IMG/VR virus record: IMGVR_UViG_2671181056_000001
DNA length: 34,603 bases
Source of the DNA: a virus
Taxonomy: Duplodnaviria > Heunggongvirae > Uroviricota > Caudoviricetes
Strand: one strand, 5' to 3'
Below are positions 14,233-24,018 of the stretch, in pieces. Every line of letters starts with the position of its first letter. Positions within the stretch are counted from its first letter, which is position 1. The notes below the pieces were generated by a model, which worked only from the letters and a program-made list of their open reading frames with translations, was not told the DNA's origin and did no database searches. A program made the translations under genes and the position numbers.

Positions 14233-14558
14233 AAACCTTCCGCTGGAAAGTGAAACCCGGTATGGATGTGGCTTCGGCCCCTTCTGTAAGAAAGGTGCGC
14301 TTTGGTGATGGCTATTCCCAGCGAGCGCCTGCCGGGCTGAATGCCAACCTGAAAACGTACAGCGTGACGCTTTCTGTCCCCCGTGAGGAGGCCATGGTAC
14401 TGGAGTCGTTTCTGGAAGAGCACGGGGGCTGGAAAGCCTTTCTGTGGACGCCGCCTTATGAGTGGCGGCAGATAAAGGTGACCTGCGCAAAATGGTCGTC
14501 GCGGGTCAGTATGCTGCGTGTTGAGTTCAGCGCAGAGTTTGAACAGGTGGTGAACTGA
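14229..14558 (+). CDS. M: tail tip protein M (copy A, lambda-type)
   Basis: 109 aa MKTFRWKVKPGMDVASAPSVRKVRFGDGYSQRAPAGLNANLKTY... lambda gpM; start overlaps H stop. Confidence 0.93.
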   Translation: MKTFRWKVKPGMDVASAPSVRKVRFGDGYSQRAPAGLNANLKTYSVTLSVPREEAMVLESFLEEHGGWKAFLWTPPYEWRQIKVTCAKWSSRVSMLRVEFSAEFEQVVN

Positions 14559-15256
14559 TGCAGGATATCCGGCAGGAAACACTGAATGAATGCACCCGTG
14601 CGGAGCAGTCGGCCAGCGTGGTGCTCTGGGAAATCGATCTGACAGAGGTCGGTGGAGAACGTTATTTTTTCTGTAATGAGCAGAACGAAAAAGGTGAGCC
14701 GGTCACCTGGCAGGGGCGACAGTATCAGCCGTATCCCATTCAGGGGAGTGGTTTTGAACTGAATGGCAAAGGCACCAGTACGCGCCCCACGCTGATGGTT
14801 TCTAACCTGTACGGTATGGTCACCGGGATGGCGGAAGATCTACAGAGTCTGGTCGGCGGAACGGTGGTCCGGCGTAAGGTTTACGCCCGTTTTCTGGATG
14901 CGGTGAACTTCGTCAACGGAAACAGTGACGCCGATCCGGAGCAGGAGGTGATCAGCCGCTGGCGCATTGAGCAGTGCAGCGAACTGAGCGCGGTGAGTGC
15001 CTCTTTTGTACTGTCCACGCCGACGGAAACAGATGGCGCTGTTTTTCCGGGACGTATCATGCTGGCCAACACCTGCACCTGGACCTATCGCGGCGATGAG
15101 TGCGGTTATCACGGTCCGGCGGTCGCGGATGAATATGACCAGCCAACGTCCGACATCACGAAGGATAAATGCAGCAAATGCCTGAGTGGCTGTAAGTTTC
15201 GCAATAACGTCGGCAACTTTGGCGGCTTCCTTTCCATTAACAAACTTTCGCAGTAA
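14558..15256 (+). CDS. L: tail tip protein L (copy A)
   Basis: 232 aa, lambda gpL-like with conserved cysteine cluster (CxxC...C) near C-terminus. Confidence 0.93.
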   Translation: MQDIRQETLNECTRAEQSASVVLWEIDLTEVGGERYFFCNEQNEKGEPVTWQGRQYQPYPIQGSGFELNGKGTSTRPTLMVSNLYGMVTGMAEDLQSLVGGTVVRRKVYARFLDAVNFVNGNSDADPEQEVISRWRIEQCSELSAVSASFVLSTPTETDGAVFPGRIMLANTCTWTYRGDECGYHGPAVADEYDQPTSDITKDKCSKCLSGCKFRNNVGNFGGFLSINKLSQ

Positions 15257-15261
15257 ATCCC

Positions 15262-16005
15262 ATGACAGAGACAGAATCAGCGATTCTGGCGCACGCCCGG
15301 CGATGTGCTCCAGCGGAGTCGTGCGGCTTCGTGGTAAGAACGCCGGAGGGGGAAAGATATTTCCCCTGCGTGAATATCTCCGGTGAGCCGGAGGCGTATT
15401 TCCGTATGTCGCCGGAAGACTGGCTGCAGGCAGAGATGCAGGGTGAGATTGTGGCACTGGTCCACAGCCACCCCGGTGGTCTGCCCTGGCTGAGTGAGGC
15501 CGACCGGCGGCTGCAGGTGCAGAGTGATTTGCCGTGGTGGCTGGTCTGCCGGGGGGCGATTCACAAGTTCCGCTGTGTGCCACATCTTACCGGGCGGCGC
15601 TTTGAGCACGGGGTGACGGACTGTTACACGCTGTTCCGGGATGCTTACCATCTGGCGGGGATTGAGATGCCGGATTTTCATCGTGAGGATGACTGGTGGC
15701 GTCACGGTCAGAATCTCTATCTGGATAATCTGGAGGCCACAGGGCTGTATCAGGTGCCGTTGTCAGCGGCGCAGCCGGGCGATGTGCTGCTGTGCTGTTT
15801 TGGTTCATCGGTGCCGAATCATGCCGCCATTTACTGTGGTGACGGCGAGCTGCTGCACCATATTCCTGAACAACTGAGCAAACGAGAGAGGTATACCGAC
15901 AAATGGCAGCGACGCACACACTCCCTCTGGCGTTACCGGGCATGGCACGCATCTGCCTTTACGGGGATTTGCAACGATTTGGCCGCCGCATCGACCTTCG
16001 TGTGA
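15262..16005 (+). CDS. K: tail tip assembly protein K, long form with JAB/MPN (HSHPGG...SEAD) and NlpC/P60-like regions (copy A)
   Basis: 247-aa ORF; the C-terminal 199 aa correspond to lambda K as I recall its annotation; the N-terminal extension carries the Glu upstream of the HxH motif. Confidence 0.85.
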   Translation: MTETESAILAHARRCAPAESCGFVVRTPEGERYFPCVNISGEPEAYFRMSPEDWLQAEMQGEIVALVHSHPGGLPWLSEADRRLQVQSDLPWWLVCRGAIHKFRCVPHLTGRRFEHGVTDCYTLFRDAYHLAGIEMPDFHREDDWWRHGQNLYLDNLEATGLYQVPLSAAQPGDVLLCCFGSSVPNHAAIYCGDGELLHHIPEQLSKRERYTDKWQRRTHSLWRYRAWHASAFTGICNDLAAASTFV

Positions 16006-16253
16006 AAACGGGTGCCGAAGCCATCCGGGCGATGGCCACACAGCTCCCTGCGTTTCGTCAGAAGCTGAGCGACGGCTGGTATCAGGTGCGTATTGCCGGG
16101 CAGGATGTTAGCACGTCCGGATTAACGGCACAGTTACATGAGGCTCTGCCTGACGGCGCTGTGATTCATATTGTTCCCAGAGTCGCCGGGGCCAAGTCAG
16201 GTGGTGTATTCCAGATTGTCCTGGGAGCAGCCGCCATTGCCGGATCATTCTTT
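15903..16253 (+). pseudogene. I: tail tip assembly protein I, 5' 117 codons only, cut at N (16254)
   Basis: MAATHTLPLALPGMARICLYGDLQRFGRRIDLRVKTG... matches lambda gpI; overlaps K 3' end by 103 nt as in lambda; homology stops at the N. Confidence 0.85.
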
Positions 16254-16254
16254 N

Positions 16255-16407
16255 CTGATCTCCTGAGATACCACACGTGACCCCACGCGCATTTCACCAT
16301 ACAGAACAGGCATAACATTGCCCTGGGCAACCATGTTATCCAGTGAGGAGAAATAGGTGTTCTGCTTACCGTTATCCGTTGTCTGTGTGCGGGGAGTTCT
16401 GGCTTTC
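16255..16407 (-). pseudogene. I: inverted fragment of gene I 3' region (codons for ...APKARTPRTQTTDNGKQNTYFSSLDNMVAQGNVMPVLYGEMRVGSRVVSQEI)
   Basis: Minus-strand translation matches the lambda gpI C-terminal region; no start or stop of its own; directly abuts the N at 16254. Confidence 0.8.
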
Positions 16408-16833
16408 GGTGGTGGTGCGTCTGCCTCCACGGGGACGGCCATTCAGGCTGCGGCGGCGAACTTCCATTTCGCGACCGGGGGATTTACGGGGACGGGGGGT
16501 AAATATGAACCTGCGGGGATTGTTCATCGCGGGGAGTTTGTCTTCACGAAGGAGGCGACCAGCCGGATTGGTGTCGGCAATCTGTACCGCCTGATGCGGG
16601 GCTATGCGGAAGGTGGTTATGTCGGCGGTGCCGGAAGTCCGGCGCAGATGCGGCGGGCGGAAGGCATTAATTTTAATCAGAACAATCACGTGGTGATTCA
16701 GAACGACGGCCCCAACGGGCGGGCAGGGCCGCAGCTGATGAAAGCGGTGTATGAGATGGCCCGCAAGGGGGCACAGGATGAACTCCGGCTGCAGTTGCGT
16801 GATGGCGGTATGTTATCAGGGAGCGGTGGATGA
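16408..16833 (+). pseudogene. H: 3' fragment of a tape measure gene H (third allele), no 5' part
   Basis: Encodes GGGASASTGTAIQAAAANFHFATGGFTGTGGKYEPAGIVHRGEFVF...GMLSGSGG; many synonymous differences from both full H copies over 16408-16660, then identical to copy B. Confidence 0.8.
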
Positions 16834-17159
16834 AAACCTTTCGCTGGAAAGTGAAGCCGGATATGGAGGTGAACTCGCAGCCATCGGTGCGTGAAGTGCG
16901 TTTTGGTGACGGGTACTCACAGCGTATGGCGGCAGGGCTGAATGCTGACCTGAAAACATACAGGGTGACGCTTTCCGTGACCCGGGAGGAGGCCCGGCAT
17001 CTGGAAGCGTTCCTGGCAGAGCACGGTGGCTGGAAGGCATTTTTGTGGAAGCCACCCTATGCATACCGGCAGATAAAGGTGACCTGTGCCGGGTGGTCTG
17101 CGCGGGTCGGGATGTTGCGCGTTGAGTTCAGCGCGGAGTTTAAGCAGGTGGTGAACTGA
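16830..17159 (+). CDS. M: tail tip protein M (B-type allele, identical to 22981-23310)
   Basis: 109 aa MKTFRWKVKPDMEVNSQPSVREVRFGDGYSQRMAAGLNADLKTYRV... Confidence 0.85.
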   Translation: MKTFRWKVKPDMEVNSQPSVREVRFGDGYSQRMAAGLNADLKTYRVTLSVTREEARHLEAFLAEHGGWKAFLWKPPYAYRQIKVTCAGWSARVGMLRVEFSAEFKQVVN

Positions 17160-17857
17160 TGCAGGATATTCGCGAAGAAAGTCTGAACGAGTCGGTTAAG
17201 TCAGAGCAGTCACCGCGGGTGGTACTCTGGGAAATCGACCTGACGGTACAGGGTGGTGAGCGGTATTTTTTCTGTAATGAGCTGAATGAAAAAGGGGAGC
17301 CGGTCACCTGGCAGGGGCGTAAGTATGAGGCATACCCGATTGACGGCAGCGGCTTTGAGATGAACGGCCGGGGCAGCAGTGCCAGACCGTCGCTGACGGT
17401 GTCCAATCTGTTCGGTCTGGTCACCGGGATGGCGGAAGACCTGCAGAGTCTGGTGGGGGCCACGGTGGTCCGCCGCCGGGTGTATGCCCGTTTTCTGGAT
17501 GCGGTGAATTTCGTTGCGGGCAATCCGGAGGCGGACCCGGAGCAGGAGCTGAGTGACCGCTGGGTGGTGGAGCAGATGTCGCAGCTGACAGCCATGACGG
17601 CCTCGTTTGTGCTGGCTACACCGACCGAGACGGACGGGGCGCTGTTTCCCGGTCGCATCATGCTGGCGAACACCTGTATGTGGGATTACCGGGGAGATGA
17701 ATGCGGGTATAACGGTCCTGCGGTGGCGGATGAGTTCGACAACCCCACCACGGATATCCGTAAGGACAGATGCAGCAAGTGCATGCGCGGGTGTGAACTG
17801 CGCAGGAATGTCGGCAATTTTGGCGGTTTCCTTTCCATTAATAAACTTTCGCAGTAA
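17159..17857 (+). CDS. L: tail tip protein L (B-type allele, identical to 23310-24008)
   Basis: 232 aa, about 80 percent identical to copy A L. Confidence 0.85.
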   Translation: MQDIREESLNESVKSEQSPRVVLWEIDLTVQGGERYFFCNELNEKGEPVTWQGRKYEAYPIDGSGFEMNGRGSSARPSLTVSNLFGLVTGMAEDLQSLVGATVVRRRVYARFLDAVNFVAGNPEADPEQELSDRWVVEQMSQLTAMTASFVLATPTETDGALFPGRIMLANTCMWDYRGDECGYNGPAVADEFDNPTTDIRKDRCSKCMRGCELRRNVGNFGGFLSINKLSQ

Positions 17858-17867
17858 ATCCCGGTTT

Positions 17868-18540
17868 ATGACACAGACTGAATCAGCGATTCTGGCACAT
17901 GCCCGGCGGTGTGCGCCTGCGGAGTCGTGCGGCTTCGTGATAAGCACGCCGGAGGGGGAGCGGTATATCCCTTGTGTGAATATTTCCGCAGAGCCGGAGG
18001 CGTATTTTCGTATCGCACCGGAAGACTGGCTGCGGGCAGAGATGCAGGGGGAGATTGTGGCACTGGTCCACAGTCATCCCGGTGGGCTGCCCTGGCTGAG
18101 CGAGGCTGACCGGCGGTTGCAGATAAAAAGCGCACTGCCCTGGTGGTTGGTCTGCCGGGGTGACATTCACAAATTCCGCTGTGTGCCACATCTGACAGGA
18201 CGGCGCTTTGAGCACGGGGTGACGGACTGTTACACGCTGTTCCGGGATGCTTATCATCTGGCGGGGACTGAAATGCCGGATTTTCATCGCGAGGATGACT
18301 GGTGGCGCAACGGTCAGAACCTTTACCTGGACAATATGGCGGTCACCGGCTTTTACCGGGTGCCCCTGTCCTCTGCACAGGCGGGCGATATTCTGCTGTG
18401 CTGCTTTGGTGCTTCGGTACCGAACCATGCCGCCATTTACTGCGGCAACGGTGAGCTGCTTCACCATCTGCCTGAACAACTGAGTAAACGGGAGAGGTAT
18501 TCCGAAAAATGGCAACGACGAACGCATTCAGTCTGGCGTC
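17868..18540 (+). pseudogene. K: tail tip assembly protein K (B-type), 3' end missing, cut at N (18541)
   Basis: Identical to 24019-24691 then broken at the N; the six-frame ORF continues artificially into U-derived sequence. Confidence 0.8.
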
Positions 18541-18541
18541 N

Positions 18542-18828
18542 CGGCAATTGCCGTTTATCTCACCGGCGCTGAATACACGGGCGAAGAGCTGGACAGCGAT
18601 ACCTGGCAGGCGGAGCTGCATATTGAAGTTTTCCTGCCTGCTCAGGTGCCGGATTCAGAGCTGGATTCGTGGATGGAGTCCCGGATTTATCCGGTGATGA
18701 GCGATATCCCGGCACTGTCAGATTTGATCACCAGTATGGTGGCCAGCGGCTATGACTACCGGCGCGACGATGATGCGGGCCTGTGGAGTTCAGCCGATCT
18801 GACTTATGTCATTATCTATGAAATGTGA
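18542..18828 (+). pseudogene. U: 3' fragment of tail terminator gene U (starts mid-gene right after N)
   Basis: Identical to 9790-10076; encodes ...[93 protein letters not shown]. Confidence 0.85.
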
Positions 18829-18835
18829 GGACGCT

Positions 18836-19576
18836 ATGCCTGTACCAAATCCTACAATGCCGGTGAAAGGTGCCGGGACCACCCTGTGGGTTTATAAGGG
18901 GAGCGGTGACCCTTATGCGAACCCGCTTTCAGACGTTGACTGGTCGCGTCTGGCAAAAGTTAAAGACCTGACGCCCGGCGAACTGACCGCTGAGTCCTAT
19001 GACGACAGCTATCTCGATGATGAAGATGCAGACTGGACTGCGACCGGGCAGGGGCAGAAATCTGCCGGAGATACCAGCTTCACGCTGGCGTGGATGCCCG
19101 GAGAGCAGGGGCAGCAGGCGCTGCTGGCGTGGTTTAATGAAGGTGATACCCGTGCCTATAAAATCCGCTTCCCGAACGGCACGGTCGATGTGTTCCGTGG
19201 CTGGGGCAGCAGTATCGGTAAGGCGGTGACGGCGAAGGAGGTGATTACCCGCACGGTGAAGGTCACCAATGTGGGACGTCCGTCGATGGCAGAAGATCGC
19301 AGCACGGTGACGGCGACGACCGGCATGACGGTGACACCCGCCAGTGCTTCCGTAGTGAAAGGGCAGAGCACCACGCTGACCGTGGCATTCCAGCCGGATG
19401 GCGCAACCGACAAGAGCTTCCGTGCGGTGTCTGCGGATAAAACAAAAGCCACCGTGTCGGTCAGTGGTATGACCATCACCGTGAAAGGTGTTGCTGCAGG
19501 CAAGGTCAACATTCCGGTCGTATCTGGTAATGGTGAGTTTGCTGCGGTTGCAGAAATCAACGTCACCGCCAGTTAA
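18836..19576 (+). CDS. V: major tail tube protein V (second copy)
   Basis: Offset 8752 from copy A; one amino-acid difference (RGWGSS vs RGWVSS). Confidence 0.9.
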   Translation: MPVPNPTMPVKGAGTTLWVYKGSGDPYANPLSDVDWSRLAKVKDLTPGELTAESYDDSYLDDEDADWTATGQGQKSAGDTSFTLAWMPGEQGQQALLAWFNEGDTRAYKIRFPNGTVDVFRGWGSSIGKAVTAKEVITRTVKVTNVGRPSMAEDRSTVTATTGMTVTPASASVVKGQSTTLTVAFQPDGATDKSFRAVSADKTKATVSVSGMTITVKGVAAGKVNIPVVSGNGEFAAVAEINVTAS

Positions 19577-19591
19577 TCCGGAGAGTCAGCG

Positions 19592-20014
19592 ATGTTCCTG
19601 AAAACCGAATCATTTGAACATAACGGTGTGACCGTCACGCTTTCTGAACTGTCAGCCCTGCAGCGTATTGAGCATCTCGACCTGATGAAACGGCAGGCAG
19701 AACAGGCGGAGTCAGACAGCAACCGGAAGTTTACTGTGGAAGACGCCATCAGAACCGGCGCTTTTGTGGTTGCGATGTCCCTGTGGCATAACCATCCGAA
19801 GAAGACGCAGATGCCGTCCATGAATGAAGCCGTTAAACAGATTGAGCAGGAAGTGCTTACCACCTGGCCCACAGAGGCAATTTCTCATGCTGAAAACGTG
19901 GTGTACCGGCTGTCCGGTATGTATGAGTTTGTGGTGAATGATGCTCCTGAACAGGCAGAGGACGCCGGGCCTGCAGAGCCTGTTTCTGCGGGAAAGTGTT
20001 CGACGGTGAGCTGA
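19592..20014 (+). CDS. G: tail assembly chaperone G (second copy)
   Basis: Identical to 10840-11262. Confidence 0.9.
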   Translation: MFLKTESFEHNGVTVTLSELSALQRIEHLDLMKRQAEQAESDSNRKFTVEDAIRTGAFVVAMSLWHNHPKKTQMPSMNEAVKQIEQEVLTTWPTEAISHAENVVYRLSGMYEFVVNDAPEQAEDAGPAEPVSAGKCSTVS

Positions 20015-20430
20015 GTTTTGCCCTGAAACTGGCGCGTGAGATGGGGCGACCCGACTGGCGCGCCATGCTTGCCGGGATGTCATCCACGGAGTATGCCGAC
20101 TGGCACCGCTTTTACAGTACCCATTATTTTCATGATGTTCTGCTGGATATGCACTTTTCCGGGCTGACGTACACCGTGCTCAGCCTGTTTTTCAGCGATC
20201 CGGAGATGCATCCGCTGGATTTCAGTCTGCTGAACCGGCGCGAGGCTGACGAAGAGCCTGAAGATGATGTGCTGATGCAGAAAGCGGCAGGGCTTGCCGG
20301 AGGTGTCCGCTTTGGCCCGGACGGGAATGAAGTTATCCCCGCTTCCCCGGATGTGGCGGACATGACGGAGGATGACGTAATGCTGATGACAGTATCAGAA
20401 GGGATCGCAGGAGGAGTCCGGTATGGCTGA
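19592..20430 (+). CDS. T: tail assembly chaperone G-T frameshift fusion (second copy; slippery site 19990-19996)
   Basis: Identical to copy A, including the GGGAAAG heptamer. Confidence 0.85.
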
Positions 20431-22984
20431 ACCGGTAGGCGATCTGGTCGTTGATTTGAGTCTGGATGCGGCCAGATTTGACGAGCAGATGGCCAGAGTC
20501 AGGCGTCATTTTTCCGGTACGGAAAGTGATGCGAAAAAAACAGCGGCAGTCGTTGAACAGTCGCTGAGCCGACAGGCGCTGGCTGCACAGAAAGCGGGGA
20601 TTTCCGTCGGGCAGTATAAAGCCGCCATGCGTATGCTGCCTGCACAGTTCACCGACGTGGCCACGCAGCTTGCAGGGGGGCAGAATCCCTGGCTGATCCT
20701 GCTGCAACAGGGTGGTCAGGTTAAGGACTCCTTCGGCGGGATGATCCCCATGTTCAGGGGGCTTGCCGGCGCGATCACCCTGCCGATGGTGGGGGCCACC
20801 TCGCTGGCGGTGGCGACCGGTGCGCTGGCGTATGCCTGGTATCAGGGCAACTCAACCCTGTCCGATTTCAACAAAACGCTGGTCCTTTCCGGTAATCAGG
20901 CGGGACTGACGGCAGATCGTATGCTGGTCCTGTCCAGAGCCGGGCAGGCGGCAGGGCTGACGTTTAACCAGACCAGCGAGTCACTCAGCGCACTGGTTAA
21001 GGCGGGGGTAAGCGGTGAGGCTCAGATTGCGTCCATCAGCCAGAGTGTGGCGCGTTTCTCCTATGCATCCGGCGTGGAGGTGGACAAGGTCGCTGAAGCC
21101 TTCGGGAAGCTGACCACAGACCCGACGTCGGGGCTGACGGCGATGGCACGCCAGTTCCATAACGTGACGGCGGAGCAGATTGCGTATGTTGCTCAGTTGC
21201 AGCGTTCCGGCGATGAAGCCGGGGCATTGCAGGCGGCGAACGAGGCCGCAACGAAAGGGTTTGATGACCAGACCCGCCGCCTGAAAGAGAACATGGGCAC
21301 GCTGGAGACCTGGGCAGACAGGACTGCACGTGCATTCAAATCCATGTGGGATGCGGTGCTGGATATTGGTCGTCCTGATACCGCGCAGGAGATGCTGATT
21401 AAGGCAGAGGCTGCGTTTAAGAAAGCAGACGACATCTGGAATCTGCGCAAGGATGATTATTTCGTTAACGATGAAGCACGGGCGCGTTACTGGGATGATC
21501 GTGAAAAAAAACGCCTGGAGCGGGATGCAGCCCAAAAGAGGGTAGATCAACAGCGTCAACAGGACAAAAATGCGCAGCAGCAGAGCGATACCGAAGCGTC
21601 ACGGCTGAAATATACCGAAGAGGCGCAGAAGGCTTACGAACGGCTGCAGACGCCGCTGGAGAAATATACCGCCCGTCAGGAAGAACTGAACAAGGCACTG
21701 AAAGACGGAAAAATCCTGCAGGCAGATTACAACACGCTGATGGCGGCGGCGAAAAAGGATTATGAAGCGACGCTGAAAAAGCCGAAACAGTCCGGCGTGA
21801 AGGTGTATGCGGGCGATCGTCAGGAAGACAGTGCTCATGCGGCCCTGCTGACGCTTCAGGCAGAACTCCGGACGCTGGAGAAGCATGCCGGAGCGAATGA
21901 GAAAATCAGCCAGCAGCGCCGGGATTTGTGGAAGGCAGAAAGTCAGTTCGCGGTACTGGAGGAGGCGGCACAACGTCGCCAGCTGTCCGCACAGGAGAAA
22001 TCCCTGCTGGCGCATAAAGACGAGACGCTGGAGTACAAACGCCAGCTGGCTGCACTTGGTGACAAGGTTACGTATCAGGAGCACCTGAATGCGCTGGCGC
22101 AGCAGGCGGATAAATTCGCACAGCAGCAACGGGCAAAACGGGCAGCCATTGATGCGAAAAACCTGGGGCTGACTGACCGGCAGGCAGCGCGGGAAGCCAC
22201 GGAACAGCGCCTGAAGGAACAGTATGGCGATAATCCTCTGGCGCTGAATAACGTCATGTCAGAGCAGAAAAAGACCTGGGCGGCTGAAGACCAGCTTCGC
22301 GGGAGCTGGATGGCAGGCCTGAAGTCCGGCTGGAGTGAGTGGGAAGAGAGCGCCACGGACAGTATGTCACAGGTTAAAAGTGCAGCCACGCAGACCTTTG
22401 ATGGTATTGCACAGAATATGGCGGCGATGCTGACCGGCAGTGAACAGAACTGGCGCAGCTTCACCCGCTCCGTGCTGTCCATGATGACAGAAATTCTGCT
22501 TAAGCAGGCAATGGTGGGGATTGTCGGGAGTATCGGCAGGGCCATTGGCGGGGCTGTTGGTGGCGGCGCATCCGCGTCAGGTGGTACAGCCATTCAGGCC
22601 GCTGCGGTGAAATTCCATTTTGCAACCGGGGGATTTACGGGAACCGGCGGCAAATATGAGCCAGCGGGGATTGTTCACCGTGGTGAATTTGTCTTCACGA
22701 AGGAGGCAACCAGCCGGATTGGCGTGGGGAATCTCTACCGGCTGATGCGCGGCTATGCGGAAGGTGGTTATGTGGGCGGTGCCGGAAGTCCGGCGCAGAT
22801 GCGGCGGGCTGAAGGCATTAATTTTAATCAGAACAATCACGTGGTGATTCAGAACGACGGCCCCAACGGGCGGGCAGGGCCGCAGCTGATGAAAGCGGTG
22901 TATGAGATGGCCCGCAAGGGGGCACAGGATGAACTCCGGCTGCAGTTGCGTGATGGCGGTATGTTATCAGGGAGCGGTGGATGA
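20423..22984 (+). CDS. H: tail tape measure protein H (copy B, divergent last ~40 codons)
   Basis: 853 aa; identical to copy A except two substitutions until codon ~813, then a different C-terminus (PNGRAGPQLMKAVYEMARKGAQDELRLQLRDGGMLSGSGG). Confidence 0.93.
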   Translation: MAEPVGDLVVDLSLDAARFDEQMARVRRHFSGTESDAKKTAAVVEQSLSRQALAAQKAGISVGQYKAAMRMLPAQFTDVATQLAGGQNPWLILLQQGGQVKDSFGGMIPMFRGLAGAITLPMVGATSLAVATGALAYAWYQGNSTLSDFNKTLVLSGNQAGLTADRMLVLSRAGQAAGLTFNQTSESLSALVKAGVSGEAQIASISQSVARFSYASGVEVDKVAEAFGKLTTDPTSGLTAMARQFHNVTAEQIAYVAQLQRSGDEAGALQAANEAATKGFDDQTRRLKENMGTLETWADRTARAFKSMWDAVLDIGRPDTAQEMLIKAEAAFKKADDIWNLRKDDYFVNDEARARYWDDREKKRLERDAAQKRVDQQRQQDKNAQQQSDTEASRLKYTEEAQKAYERLQTPLEKYTARQEELNKALKDGKILQADYNTLMAAAKKDYEATLKKPKQSGVKVYAGDRQEDSAHAALLTLQAELRTLEKHAGANEKISQQRRDLWKAESQFAVLEEAAQRRQLSAQEKSLLAHKDETLEYKRQLAALGDKVTYQEHLNALAQQADKFAQQQRAKRAAIDAKNLGLTDRQAAREATEQRLKEQYGDNPLALNNVMSEQKKTWAAEDQLRGSWMAGLKSGWSEWEESATDSMSQVKSAATQTFDGIAQNMAAMLTGSEQNWRSFTRSVLSMMTEILLKQAMVGIVGSIGRAIGGAVGGGASASGGTAIQAAAVKFHFATGGFTGTGGKYEPAGIVHRGEFVFTKEATSRIGVGNLYRLMRGYAEGGYVGGAGSPAQMRRAEGINFNQNNHVVIQNDGPNGRAGPQLMKAVYEMARKGAQDELRLQLRDGGMLSGSGG

Positions 22985-23310
22985 AAACCTTTCGCTGGAA
23001 AGTGAAGCCGGATATGGAGGTGAACTCGCAGCCATCGGTGCGTGAAGTGCGTTTTGGTGACGGGTACTCACAGCGTATGGCGGCAGGGCTGAATGCTGAC
23101 CTGAAAACATACAGGGTGACGCTTTCCGTGACCCGGGAGGAGGCCCGGCATCTGGAAGCGTTCCTGGCAGAGCACGGTGGCTGGAAGGCATTTTTGTGGA
23201 AGCCACCCTATGCATACCGGCAGATAAAGGTGACCTGTGCCGGGTGGTCTGCGCGGGTCGGGATGTTGCGCGTTGAGTTCAGCGCGGAGTTTAAGCAGGT
23301 GGTGAACTGA
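22981..23310 (+). CDS. M: tail tip protein M (B-type)
   Basis: 109 aa; start overlaps H stop. Confidence 0.9.
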   Translation: MKTFRWKVKPDMEVNSQPSVREVRFGDGYSQRMAAGLNADLKTYRVTLSVTREEARHLEAFLAEHGGWKAFLWKPPYAYRQIKVTCAGWSARVGMLRVEFSAEFKQVVN

Positions 23311-24008
23311 TGCAGGATATTCGCGAAGAAAGTCTGAACGAGTCGGTTAAGTCAGAGCAGTCACCGCGGGTGGTACTCTGGGAAATCGACCTGACGGTAC
23401 AGGGTGGTGAGCGGTATTTTTTCTGTAATGAGCTGAATGAAAAAGGGGAGCCGGTCACCTGGCAGGGGCGTAAGTATGAGGCATACCCGATTGACGGCAG
23501 CGGCTTTGAGATGAACGGCCGGGGCAGCAGTGCCAGACCGTCGCTGACGGTGTCCAATCTGTTCGGTCTGGTCACCGGGATGGCGGAAGACCTGCAGAGT
23601 CTGGTGGGGGCCACGGTGGTCCGCCGCCGGGTGTATGCCCGTTTTCTGGATGCGGTGAATTTCGTTGCGGGCAATCCGGAGGCGGACCCGGAGCAGGAGC
23701 TGAGTGACCGCTGGGTGGTGGAGCAGATGTCGCAGCTGACAGCCATGACGGCCTCGTTTGTGCTGGCTACACCGACCGAGACGGACGGGGCGCTGTTTCC
23801 CGGTCGCATCATGCTGGCGAACACCTGTATGTGGGATTACCGGGGAGATGAATGCGGGTATAACGGTCCTGCGGTGGCGGATGAGTTCGACAACCCCACC
23901 ACGGATATCCGTAAGGACAGATGCAGCAAGTGCATGCGCGGGTGTGAACTGCGCAGGAATGTCGGCAATTTTGGCGGTTTCCTTTCCATTAATAAACTTT
24001 CGCAGTAA
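23310..24008 (+). CDS. L: tail tip protein L (B-type)
   Basis: 232 aa. Confidence 0.9.
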   Translation: MQDIREESLNESVKSEQSPRVVLWEIDLTVQGGERYFFCNELNEKGEPVTWQGRKYEAYPIDGSGFEMNGRGSSARPSLTVSNLFGLVTGMAEDLQSLVGATVVRRRVYARFLDAVNFVAGNPEADPEQELSDRWVVEQMSQLTAMTASFVLATPTETDGALFPGRIMLANTCMWDYRGDECGYNGPAVADEFDNPTTDIRKDRCSKCMRGCELRRNVGNFGGFLSINKLSQ

Positions 24009-24018
24009 ATCCCGGTTT

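Larger units (their letters stand above)
16660..18540 (+). repeat. 1.9-kb direct repeat, copy 1 (identical to 22811-24691, offset 6151: H 3' end, M, L, K)
   Basis: Identical ORF translations and nucleotide stretches; ends at the N at 18541. Confidence 0.9.
18542..22861 (+). repeat. 4.3-kb direct repeat, copy 2 (partner 9790-14109)
   Basis: Starts immediately after the N at 18541. Confidence 0.9.

Noticed and set aside
14840-15583. 247-aa minus-strand ORF antisense to L and K (and similar antisense ORFs in the other copies)
   Set aside because: Fully embedded antisense to conserved tail genes; typical of high-GC stop-free reverse frames
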